From: Candidatus Baldrarchaeum yapensis
GTDB taxonomy: Archaea > Asgardarchaeota > Baldrarchaeia > Baldrarchaeales > Baldrarchaeaceae
Direction of reading: 5' to 3'
DNA: 32,000 bases
Assembly (NCBI GenBank): GCA_016840465.1
Contig: JAEOSH010000005.1
Span: forward strand, 50,736 to 82,735
Part shown: one piece after another, positions 1-7,503 of the stretch
Layout: the number at the start of each line of letters is the position of its first letter
Numbering within the stretch: position 1 is the stretch's first letter
Notes under the pieces: model-generated
Database searches by the model: none
What the model was told of the DNA's origin: nothing
The model's input: only the letters and a program-made list of their open reading frames with translations
Made by a program: the position numbers and the translations under genes

Positions 1-1
1 A

Positions 2-1642
2 CCTCTACTGTGTAACGACCCTCACCTTTCCCTAACGGTTCCTCCTGTGTGGTATGAGGTACATTATGTTGTTAAGAGCGGCGATGAGATCTTTAACGTC
101 AGAGGCGTCACATTCCCAGGAATTCCGATAGTCATAATTGGCAGTAATCAATACGTCGGCTGGGGCTTCACGAATGTAATGGCCGATCAGATAGATTTCT
201 ATTATTATGTGTGGAAGAACGATACTCACTACTGGTATAAGGATGCGTGGCATAAAATAAGGCAAGTAAAGGAAGTTTTCCGAATAAAAACTGATGCAGG
301 ATTCGTAGAGAAAGTTATATACATAAACTTCACCGTTCATGGGCCTTTACTCGAGATGAAAATCGATGGAAAGAGGTACAGGTTTGCAGTCCGCTGGATG
401 GGACAAAACGCAACGACAGAGGCATATGCTTTGTGGAAATACGCTCATGCACATGATATCTACGAGTTTCTCAGTTATACTAACTACTTCCAGATGCCCC
501 CGCAGAACCACGTATTCGCTGACATATATGGAAATATAGGCTGGAGAGCGTGCGGAAGGTATCCGAATAGAACCTTCCCCAATGGAACAAATGCTGTACA
601 GTTTAATCCGCTAATTCCACGTCTTCCAATTAACGGAAGCGATCCTAACGTGATAGAATGGAATGATAGCGATTGGATAGAGCCCTGGGAGGCGCCCCAG
701 TTAATAAATCCGCCATGGGGCTATATAGTAACTGCAAACAATAAGGCGGCAAATGTAAGCGATTACCCGTATATCTACGACATTGCATGGACATGGGCGG
801 ACTATTACAGGGCATCACGCATTCAAGAGTTGATAAACGAAACTATTAATGAAAAGGGATATGTAACCATAGAGGATATGATGCGGATACAAAATGATGT
901 ACTTCTCGTGCTTGCACGGTCTCTCAAAGAATTCTTGGCCGATGTTGCTGGAAGATACGGCTACGAGAATATAAAGAACTTGATTGAGAACTGGGACTGC
1001 AGGATGACTATAAATTCAACTGCAGCAACTATCTTCGTTGTATGGTATGATTACTACAAGAATTTTACGTTCTCCGACGAGTTCAGAGAGAAATTTGAGA
1101 GCAAAGATCTACAGAATCTATGGATGGAGTTGCCTGACAACACATTGGAACACTTCACATTAACAAACAAGTCTTGGAAGTGGTTCAATGATGTTGGTAC
1201 AAAGGAGAGAGAAAATGCCACTACTATTGCTGGAAAGGCTCTAAAAGCTGCTATTGAGTATCTAAAGAAATACTTTGGAACAGATGATATTAATGAATGG
1301 AAGTTTGGGAAGTTGCATAAATTAAATGCACAACATGCCATGGGATCGACGCTTAAATGGTTAAACTATCCGAATTGGGAAGCGCTTGGGTGGAGCAATT
1401 GTGTTAATAATATAGGCAGAAATGCTGACCATGGACCCTCATGGAGAGAAATTTTAGACTTTTCAGATCTTAATAACAGTCGTTGCATAATTCCTGGAGG
1501 GCAGTCTGGTAATCCCTTCAGCGAACACTATTACGATCAGTTAAGGATGTGGCTTGATGGAGAGTACAAGAAAATGAGTTTCCCAGCGACTCCAGAGGAG
1601 GTCGAAGATGCCGAGTCGATAATTCATTTCGTTCCGGGGTGA
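2..1642 (+). CDS. Penicillin acylase family (Ntn-hydrolase) protein, 5' end lies outside the window
   Basis: The frame is open from position 2 (PLLCNDPHLSLTVPPVWYE), matching the beta-chain start motif NDPHL..P..WYE. It also has GVTFPGIP.VIIGSN...WGFTN, HGP, QNHVFAD..GNIG, TANN and a C-terminal GPSWR...PGGQSGNPFSEHY.DQL. The catalytic N-terminal Ser is just off-window. Confidence 0.92.
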   Translation, partial: PLLCNDPHLSLTVPPVWYEVHYVVKSGDEIFNVRGVTFPGIPIVIIGSNQYVGWGFTNVMADQIDFYYYVWKNDTHYWYKDAWHKIRQVKEVFRIKTDAGFVEKVIYINFTVHGPLLEMKIDGKRYRFAVRWMGQNATTEAYALWKYAHAHDIYEFLSYTNYFQMPPQNHVFADIYGNIGWRACGRYPNRTFPNGTNAVQFNPLIPRLPINGSDPNVIEWNDSDWIEPWEAPQLINPPWGYIVTANNKAANVSDYPYIYDIAWTWADYYRASRIQELINETINEKGYVTIEDMMRIQNDVLLVLARSLKEFLADVAGRYGYENIKNLIENWDCRMTINSTAATIFVVWYDYYKNFTFSDEFREKFESKDLQNLWMELPDNTLEHFTLTNKSWKWFNDVGTKERENATTIAGKALKAAIEYLKKYFGTDDINEWKFGKLHKLNAQHAMGSTLKWLNYPNWEALGWSNCVNNIGRNADHGPSWREILDFSDLNNSRCIIPGGQSGNPFSEHYYDQLRMWLDGEYKKMSFPATPEEVEDAESIIHFVPG

Positions 1643-1646
1643 TCGC

Positions 1647-2003
1647 ATGAAGAGGTACGGGTTTCTGGCATGCTTTCTAATAACACTAATCTTAGCGGTA
1701 TTGCTTGAACTCACAAGGATATGGGTACTCTTAATAGTAGCAGGGGTCATTGGAGGCTTCCTTTCAAAGAGTTTCCTAAGAGCAGTATTTGCCGGCTGCC
1801 TTGGAGTATTAGTATGCTGGCTCCTATATATTGCAGTGTTCTATACGCTTAATCCGTATGGTATGAGCATCGCGTTGAGCGTCTTTTCACTATTCTTAGG
1901 ACTTATGGTGGTACTTGGCGCAGTGCTTGGCGCGCTTAGCGCATCGCTGGGGTATTTCTTATCACAGGTGCTCATGCCGTCAGAGAAGGGGTCAGGGAAG
2001 TGA
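1647..2003 (+). CDS. Small Gly-rich multi-pass membrane protein of unknown function
   Basis: 118 aa with about 4 hydrophobic segments and GxxxG repeats. It starts 4 bp after the acylase stop, so it is probably co-transcribed. Confidence 0.7.
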   Translation: MKRYGFLACFLITLILAVLLELTRIWVLLIVAGVIGGFLSKSFLRAVFAGCLGVLVCWLLYIAVFYTLNPYGMSIALSVFSLFLGLMVVLGAVLGALSASLGYFLSQVLMPSEKGSGK

Positions 2004-2011
2004 TACGAGAA

Positions 2012-2440
2012 TTACTCGACTTTTATCCTAACTCTTTTTCTTTTCTTTGAAGAATCTTCTTTCTCTTTAACCTCTCGTATAATGAAGGATGATTGAGACT
2101 CTTCCTCTTTGATCGCTGGTATGCGGGACTCTTCTTTGGCTATTTCCCTTATGAGACTCGGTTCTGTGGACTCCTCGTCGAGTCCTATTATTTTTGCATC
2201 AGGGTATTTGTTCTTTATTTCCCTACGTAATGCTTCCTTATCGACGTTACCATATGTCTGTACCCTTACTATTGGTCGTCCCGTTTCGTCATACGTTACC
2301 GAGATGGAGTATCCTCCTCCCATTGTCTCCATATCTGGGAACTCTTCAAACATAGATTCCATCCGTTCAAATATTTCGTCAAATAATCCAAATATGTCAA
2401 ATGGGCTTCTTCTTTTCCGCCCTCTTGATCTTCTACTCAT
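2012..2440 (-). CDS. sHSP-related protein with an Hsp20-like N-terminal arm and C-terminal IxV motif but no alpha-crystallin domain
   Basis: N-terminus RRSPFDIFGLFDEIFERMESMFEEF and GYSISVTYDETGRP...YGNV resemble archaeal Hsp20 N-terminal regions. The protein ends RVRIKVE. An AGGTG RBS-like sequence lies upstream. Confidence 0.6.
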   Translation of the reverse strand: MSRRSRGRKRRSPFDIFGLFDEIFERMESMFEEFPDMETMGGGYSISVTYDETGRPIVRVQTYGNVDKEALRREIKNKYPDAKIIGLDEESTEPSLIREIAKEESRIPAIKEEESQSSFIIREVKEKEDSSKKRKRVRIKVE

Positions 2441-2505
2441 AAGGTTGCACCTCAGTTCTCATGTAAAAGTCTCAGGTAAAACCCTTACGGCAGTGGCGCT
2501 TAAGC

Positions 2506-2561
2506 GGCTCAGACGTCGCAGGCTTCCTCATCGATCAGGCTAGCAATCCCTCATCATTGCC
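2506..2561 (-). ncRNA. Box C/D 2'-O-methylation guide sRNA
   Basis: The minus strand reads GGC-A-AUGAUGA (C, 2557-2551)-GGGAUUGCUAGC (12 nt)-CUGA (D')-UCG-AUGAGGA (C')-AGCCUGCGACGU (12 nt)-CUGA (D)-GCC. It has a terminal GGC/GCC stem, is 56 nt long and is intergenic. Confidence 0.9.
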
Positions 2562-2844
2562 ATAATAGGTCTAACACTTATTCTTGACTCCCGTAAGTGA
2601 ATATTTTTTACGGTGGATATCGAAGATGCATTAGGAGGATGCACATGAGGGACTTCTTTCTAGAGGTCTGATACTACTGCAACAAAATGTTTAAAAGATT
2701 CTTAATGTTAGTACCCCGAAGAGAGGGATCAAGATGAGGGTCTACCTTCCACGCTGATATGTGGAATACTTGTAGTTTCTCTCGTTTTCTGCATGAAATA
2801 GTGGGTACTGTATTAAGACGTCTGGAGGTGATCGTTCTTGGAGC

Positions 2845-3783
2845 GTGATCAAGTTCCAGTGTGGAGTGGCCGTGAAAAGGTCAAAGTTTGGAGAAAGTAA
2901 GGAGCTACTTATGAGGAAGACCTTTGAAGTTTTGAATCTGGCACTTCGATCGGGACTCGATTATCTGTGCTTCGATTATGAGTGGAAGAAATATAATCTA
3001 ACATGTGAGGATCTCGCTACCATCCTTGAAGAAATTGACAGCAATGATGGAAAACTCACAGTTATCTTCACAGTTGCTTCTCGTGCAAATGAGTTCCTCA
3101 TCGAAGGATCCGGTAAGGCAAATGTAGATTCCTTATTACAATTACTAGATTCGTATCCGGATCTACTAGCTCTGAACTTGGTGGCTGGGAATCCGGCATA
3201 CTTATCAGAGGAGGAAAGAGGTCGGTCTGGATCGAGGACTCTTTACATACTTGGCGCTTATGTTGCCAGTCACGCTCCTACAAATGCAAAAATTCTCGTG
3301 GGTACAGAAAACGTACTTAAAACTGCCGTGAAACTGGCAGCGGAATTCGGATACATACCGTTTCATTTGTTTTCAGACAAATTGTCCACCGAGTTGAACT
3401 ATACGTTCAGTAGAACTAGTGGGGTTAGTGCATGTTATGTCCCCTATTCTTGTGTGCTTTCGGAAAGAGAAGTTGCATTGAAGATATGGAGGTATGTTTT
3501 ACGGAGAAGTAGCGCATGGGAGATGCTTAGATCACAAAATATAGACCCGAAGATTTTAGTGACTGCGTTTGAGAACGGTAAACATGAGAAACTGAGTGAC
3601 CATGCATGGAATGCATTTGTGTCAGTAATGAGATACTTTGTGATATATGGCGACGACCGGGCATTTGATCGAGAACTAGGGGATTACATCAGCAGTGGCA
3701 TGCGCCTAGTAATAGGGTTACCGTTAGGGGATTTCGAGAAGGAAGTGCCTCAACTTGCGAGAATCATGAGGCGAGAGTCATAA
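2845..3783 (+). CDS. Hypothetical protein, possibly a divergent LLM/Mer-like TIM-barrel
   Basis: 312 aa with an upstream GGAGGTGA RBS. The C-terminus FVIYGDD...ELGDYISSGMRLVIGLPLG...EV resembles the C-terminal pattern of luciferase-like/Mer proteins. The rest is weakly recognisable. Confidence 0.45.
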   Translation: MIKFQCGVAVKRSKFGESKELLMRKTFEVLNLALRSGLDYLCFDYEWKKYNLTCEDLATILEEIDSNDGKLTVIFTVASRANEFLIEGSGKANVDSLLQLLDSYPDLLALNLVAGNPAYLSEEERGRSGSRTLYILGAYVASHAPTNAKILVGTENVLKTAVKLAAEFGYIPFHLFSDKLSTELNYTFSRTSGVSACYVPYSCVLSEREVALKIWRYVLRRSSAWEMLRSQNIDPKILVTAFENGKHEKLSDHAWNAFVSVMRYFVIYGDDRAFDRELGDYISSGMRLVIGLPLGDFEKEVPQLARIMRRES

Positions 3784-4155
3784 ACGAAGTCTTTTTATTT
3801 CTCCATTCACTTTGGGAATTCTTATTTCCAATATGCCGTTTCTAAAAGTTGCCTTGGCGGATTTTATGTTACCCGGTGGTGGTATTTCTATCATTTTCCT
3901 TAGAGTTCCACGGACGAAAACATATAAGCGGTGACCTTCGCCCCTGATATCTATATCTTCCTTCCGTGCGTCGAGAATTTGTATTATCACAACAATTTCA
4001 TCGTCCATTTCGAGTAATTCGTATAACTCATTATCGCTTCTTTCTTTAACGCTATCTGCGTGTTCCACGGGATTTTCATCGATACCCAGCATTGTGAGTA
4101 TCGAGTTAAATAATTTTAAGAACTCATCGAATATGTCATGCCTTTTCTTTCCCAT
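3778..4155 (-). CDS. Small heat-shock protein (Hsp20/alpha-crystallin family), divergent
   Basis: EMDDEIVVI...KEDIDI...IEIP...AKATFRNGILEIRIPK is the alpha-crystallin domain signature. The usual ELPG is replaced by QILD. ATG at 4155 is preferred over the longer ORF start. Confidence 0.85.
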   Translation of the reverse strand: MGKKRHDIFDEFLKLFNSILTMLGIDENPVEHADSVKERSDNELYELLEMDDEIVVIIQILDARKEDIDIRGEGHRLYVFVRGTLRKMIEIPPPGNIKSAKATFRNGILEIRIPKVNGEIKRLRL

Positions 4156-4263
4156 TAACAACACCTTAAGAGGTTATTATTCGATATGCACAAAAACTTT
4201 TTGTTTCTCAATGCAAAAAAGGAGTTTTTGCCATTATATTGGTGTTTTGTAATACCTAATACT

Positions 4264-5841
4264 TCAAATGCCTAATTCTTGCCTTATTTTCTGCACAATT
4301 CTTCCTTCCCTTATAAGGTTCGATACGACCTCAAGATCTCGTGATAATGACCTATCGTCCTCCAATGCACTGACATGTCTTCTTATCTCTTCATAAGCTA
4401 TCTTTGTACCACTCCCTAATAGTTCCTTGCCTCCTCTCAGATCGATTCCCTGCGTTGCTGCTATCATTTCAAGAGCTATTATGTAGCGTGTGTTACTTAT
4501 TATTTGAGCAGTTCTTCGCGCTGAAACCAGCCCCATGCTAACAACGTCCTGATTTTCGGCATTAGTGGGTATGGACTTTATGCTTATCGGGCATGCAAGG
4601 CCCTGATTTTCAGCAACCAACGAAGTTGCTACGTACTGCACACCCATGAACCCACATCTAAGCCCCGGGTTTGATGAGACTAAGAATGGCGGTAAACCTC
4701 TATTTGTCATTTCATTCAAGAGAATAGCAAGTCGTCTTTCGGATAATAGGCCAACCTCCGTCGCGGCTATTGCTGCAAAATCCATGGCCATGGATATGTG
4801 TTGCCCATGAAAGTTTCCACCGTGGTACACCTTTTCGTTGTCTGCATCGATCAGTGGGTTGTCCGATGCTGAGTTCAGTTCTGTCTCCACAATGCTCCTT
4901 ACGAATTTTAGTGCATCAAGTGAGGCTCCTAGCACCTGCGGTGTACATCTGAGGCTATATACGTCTTGGAATTTCTCCTCCATCTTCTCGACTGATCCCT
5001 TTACTTCCTTTATGAAATCTTCGTACCTCCTGACGAGTTTACTTCCATCGAGGAGAGTTTTTATGTACCTTGCGATTTCCCTTTGTCCCTCATGAGGTCT
5101 GACATTATGTATGAAATCCTCAAACGGATCAATGAACCCCCTCATAGCCTCTATTGTTAATGCCGCAGCAATGGCCGCATTCTTTATTAACATCTCGAGG
5201 TCATAAACCACAAGCGCTGCGATTCCTGTCATTGCAGATGTTCCGTTGATCAGAGCAAGCCCTTCCTTATAGCTTAATTTTAGTGGCTTTAAATTCTCGT
5301 TTTTCATAGCTTCTGCTGCTTTTACTATTTTCCCACGATATTCGACAAACCCTTCTCCCATCATTGTTAGAGCCATATGCGCTAATTGCGTGAGGTCCCC
5401 ACTCGCTCCAACCGATCCTATCTCGGGAATTACTGGATGGATTTTCCTGTTAAGCATTTCAATTAAGAGTTTCAGGACCTCCGGCCTGACACCGGAATGC
5501 CCCATAGCAAGAACGTTGGCGCGTACAAGCATCATTGCTCTTACATATTCTGTGGGAAGAGGATTCCCCACTCCGGATGCGTGACTCCTTATTAAATTCT
5601 CTTGCAGAACTTCGGCATCCTCAGCCGGTATCACGCAGCTTATCATCGGTCCGAATCCTGTGGTTATTCCGTACACTATTTTCCCTTCATCAACGAATTT
5701 CCTAACAGTCTTCCGGCATTTCTCAACTCTCTTCAACGCCTCATCGGAAAGCATTACATTTGCGTGGTTCCTTGCAACTGCAACTACGCGCTCTATCGTT
5801 AAACTCTTACCATCCACTACCACGGCGCTCAATCCCATCAC
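4264..5841 (-). CDS. MIO-dependent aromatic amino-acid ammonia-lyase/aminomutase (HAL/PAL/TAL/TAM family), tyrosine-type signatures
   Basis: It has the MIO tripeptide in GSVGASGDL, plus VYGITTGFG, LIRSHASGVG, NGTS, QDVYSLRC.PQV, SDNP, GGNFHGQ, GVQY and NQDVVSMG. Confidence 0.95.
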   Translation of the reverse strand: MMGLSAVVVDGKSLTIERVVAVARNHANVMLSDEALKRVEKCRKTVRKFVDEGKIVYGITTGFGPMISCVIPAEDAEVLQENLIRSHASGVGNPLPTEYVRAMMLVRANVLAMGHSGVRPEVLKLLIEMLNRKIHPVIPEIGSVGASGDLTQLAHMALTMMGEGFVEYRGKIVKAAEAMKNENLKPLKLSYKEGLALINGTSAMTGIAALVVYDLEMLIKNAAIAAALTIEAMRGFIDPFEDFIHNVRPHEGQREIARYIKTLLDGSKLVRRYEDFIKEVKGSVEKMEEKFQDVYSLRCTPQVLGASLDALKFVRSIVETELNSASDNPLIDADNEKVYHGGNFHGQHISMAMDFAAIAATEVGLLSERRLAILLNEMTNRGLPPFLVSSNPGLRCGFMGVQYVATSLVAENQGLACPISIKSIPTNAENQDVVSMGLVSARRTAQIISNTRYIIALEMIAATQGIDLRGGKELLGSGTKIAYEEIRRHVSALEDDRSLSRDLEVVSNLIREGRIVQKIRQELGI

Positions 5842-5987
5842 CGATCCACAAGTACTTAGAGTGATAAACTAAGTAAACATGATGGGCACAGTACATGATA
5901 TGCCCAGCACCTCCATACACGTAGCCGACATTGGTCCCCAACGTGGATGGAACCGCTGAAGTTCGACTGCTGGAGGATAAACTGGAG

Positions 5988-6632
5988 ATGAGAAAAAGTC
6001 GAGAGGATCTGATAAATGTAATCCTTGTCCTAACGGAGAATATGAGGATAAAGGAGTTGGTTGATGCTCGTCTAAGAGAATTTAAGGCAATGAAAGAAAA
6101 AAGTTCGCAGGACTGGTTCATTGAGTTGTGTTTTTGTATATTGACCGCAAATTCGTCGGCAGAGGCTGGAATACGTGCTCAATGGATGATAGGAGATGGG
6201 TTTCTGCATCTCCCCAAAGAACAGTTAAAACAGCTTATTAAGCGCGCAGGGTGTAGGTTTTACAGAAGAAAAGCTGAGTATATAGTGGTTGCACGCAAGT
6301 ATGCAGATATTCTCAAACAGGAAGTTACATCTTACGATAATGAGACCGATGCTCGGGATTGGCTCGTCAAAACATTTAAAGGAATCGGCTATAAGGAGGG
6401 CAGTCACTTTCTTCGAAACGTTGGTTACGATAACGTTGCAATTCTCGATAGGCATATTCTTTCCATTCTCACAGAGTTCTCGCTAATAGATAGTATACCA
6501 AAACACATGACTAGGAGAAGGTACTTTGAGATAGAGCGCGTGTTCATAAATTTAGCTGATAATATCGGGATTTCACCCGCCGCACTCGACCTTTACTTGT
6601 GGTATCTAAAAACAGGCAAGATTCTTAAGTGA
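5988..6632 (+). CDS. ogg: N-glycosylase/DNA lyase (archaeal 8-oxoguanine DNA glycosylase, Ogg2 family)
   Basis: ELCFCILTANSSA, the HhH motif KGIGYKEGSHFLRNVG and AILDRH are present. ATG 5988 follows GGAGG. Confidence 0.93.
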   Translation: MRKSREDLINVILVLTENMRIKELVDARLREFKAMKEKSSQDWFIELCFCILTANSSAEAGIRAQWMIGDGFLHLPKEQLKQLIKRAGCRFYRRKAEYIVVARKYADILKQEVTSYDNETDARDWLVKTFKGIGYKEGSHFLRNVGYDNVAILDRHILSILTEFSLIDSIPKHMTRRRYFEIERVFINLADNIGISPAALDLYLWYLKTGKILK

Positions 6633-6635
6633 AGA

Positions 6636-6699
6636 TGTATCAGTTGACTGTTTACTCGTCATCCAGCGCATGTCAGCAAAGGGTGTGCTCATCATCGTG
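6636..6699 (-). ncRNA. Box C/D guide sRNA; the D guide is complementary to the conserved 23S rRNA GACUGUUUA segment
   Basis: The minus strand reads G-AUGAUGA (C, 6695-6689)-GCACACCCUUUG (12 nt)-CUGA (D')-CAUGCGC-UGGAUGA (C')-CGAGUAAACAGUCAA-CUGA (D, 6643-6640). It is intergenic and convergent with ogg. Confidence 0.88.
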
Positions 6700-6789
6700 T
6701 CTAGAATACTCTTAAACGGTAATAAATGTTTTCCTCCGTGAGCCAGTATCAAAAGATTATTTTAGTGGAAAGGGTGAAGTGATGAGGGC

Positions 6790-7476
6790 GTGGCGCCGAT
6801 GAGGTGCCCTTACTGCGGTAACGAAATTAGTTATCCGAACGCGAGATTCTGCCCGTATTGCGGGAGAAGTCTGCCGGGGGATACTGCGGGAACGGTGGTT
6901 CAATCAGCTATTCAAATAACTCCCGGAGGGTTACTTGATCCCCGTAGATCCTTTTACATCATCCATGAGAAGTATTGGGACATGGGATGGGGCGATATTT
7001 ACGACGAGTATGGACGCATAATAGGAAAAATGGAAAGAAAAATATTATCGCTTCGTGGGGAGATAAGACTTGAGGAGTTGGACGGGCGTGTAGTTGGTAA
7101 AGTTGTGCGGAAGATTATTGCAATAAGGCCTACTTACGACTTATTGGATCCCCAAGGAAGGCTACTGGCCCGCATGAGGAGGAAGTTATTGGCTATACTC
7201 AGGCCGGTGCTCTGGCTCGAGGATAGAAATGGGAATAAACTGTTGAAGGCACAGGGAGACTTCTTAGGCTTTAATTTCAAAATTTATGATGTTGCAGGAA
7301 GGTTAATCGCCGAAGTTAACAAATTAGACGCGTTCAAGGATTTATTTCTTGGAGGAACGATATTTGATTTCAGCGATAAATACGCGCTAAGAATATATGA
7401 CCCACGGGTCAGTCGGCTCTTACTGCTGGGGTTTGTTATAGCAATAGATAATGCAGTTCATGACGTCAGAAAATAA
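6790..7476 (+). CDS. Zinc-ribbon plus LURP-one/scramblase (Tubby-C-like) domain protein
   Basis: N-terminal CPYCG...FCPYCG, followed by repeated beta-hairpins (IYDEYGRIIG, LLDPQGRLLA, IYDVAGRLIAEV), DKYALRI and the terminal helix LLLGFVIAID. Confidence 0.8.
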   Translation: MAPMRCPYCGNEISYPNARFCPYCGRSLPGDTAGTVVQSAIQITPGGLLDPRRSFYIIHEKYWDMGWGDIYDEYGRIIGKMERKILSLRGEIRLEELDGRVVGKVVRKIIAIRPTYDLLDPQGRLLARMRRKLLAILRPVLWLEDRNGNKLLKAQGDFLGFNFKIYDVAGRLIAEVNKLDAFKDLFLGGTIFDFSDKYALRIYDPRVSRLLLLGFVIAIDNAVHDVRK

Positions 7477-7503
7477 CACTACTTGCTATGGAGAGTTGAT
7501 CAC

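Noticed and set aside
2645-2757. Two plus-strand ATGAGGG-N(13-16)-CTGA units (about 2645-2671 and 2734-2757) resembling half C/D RNAs
   Set aside because: Neither has a credible upstream box C and D' pair or a terminal stem, and ATGAGGG is a poor C box. Not supportable without RNA data.
4264-5841. Annotation as hutH (histidine ammonia-lyase)
   Set aside because: The SH motif alone suggests HAL, but the HAL Glu is missing, Tyr-type motifs are present and there are no hut neighbours, so no gene symbol was given.
5878-5935. ATGATGG...ATGA...CCGA with a GGGCA/TGCCC stem upstream of ogg
   Set aside because: The boxes are degenerate, the spacing is wrong and there is no C' box. It is not called as an sRNA.
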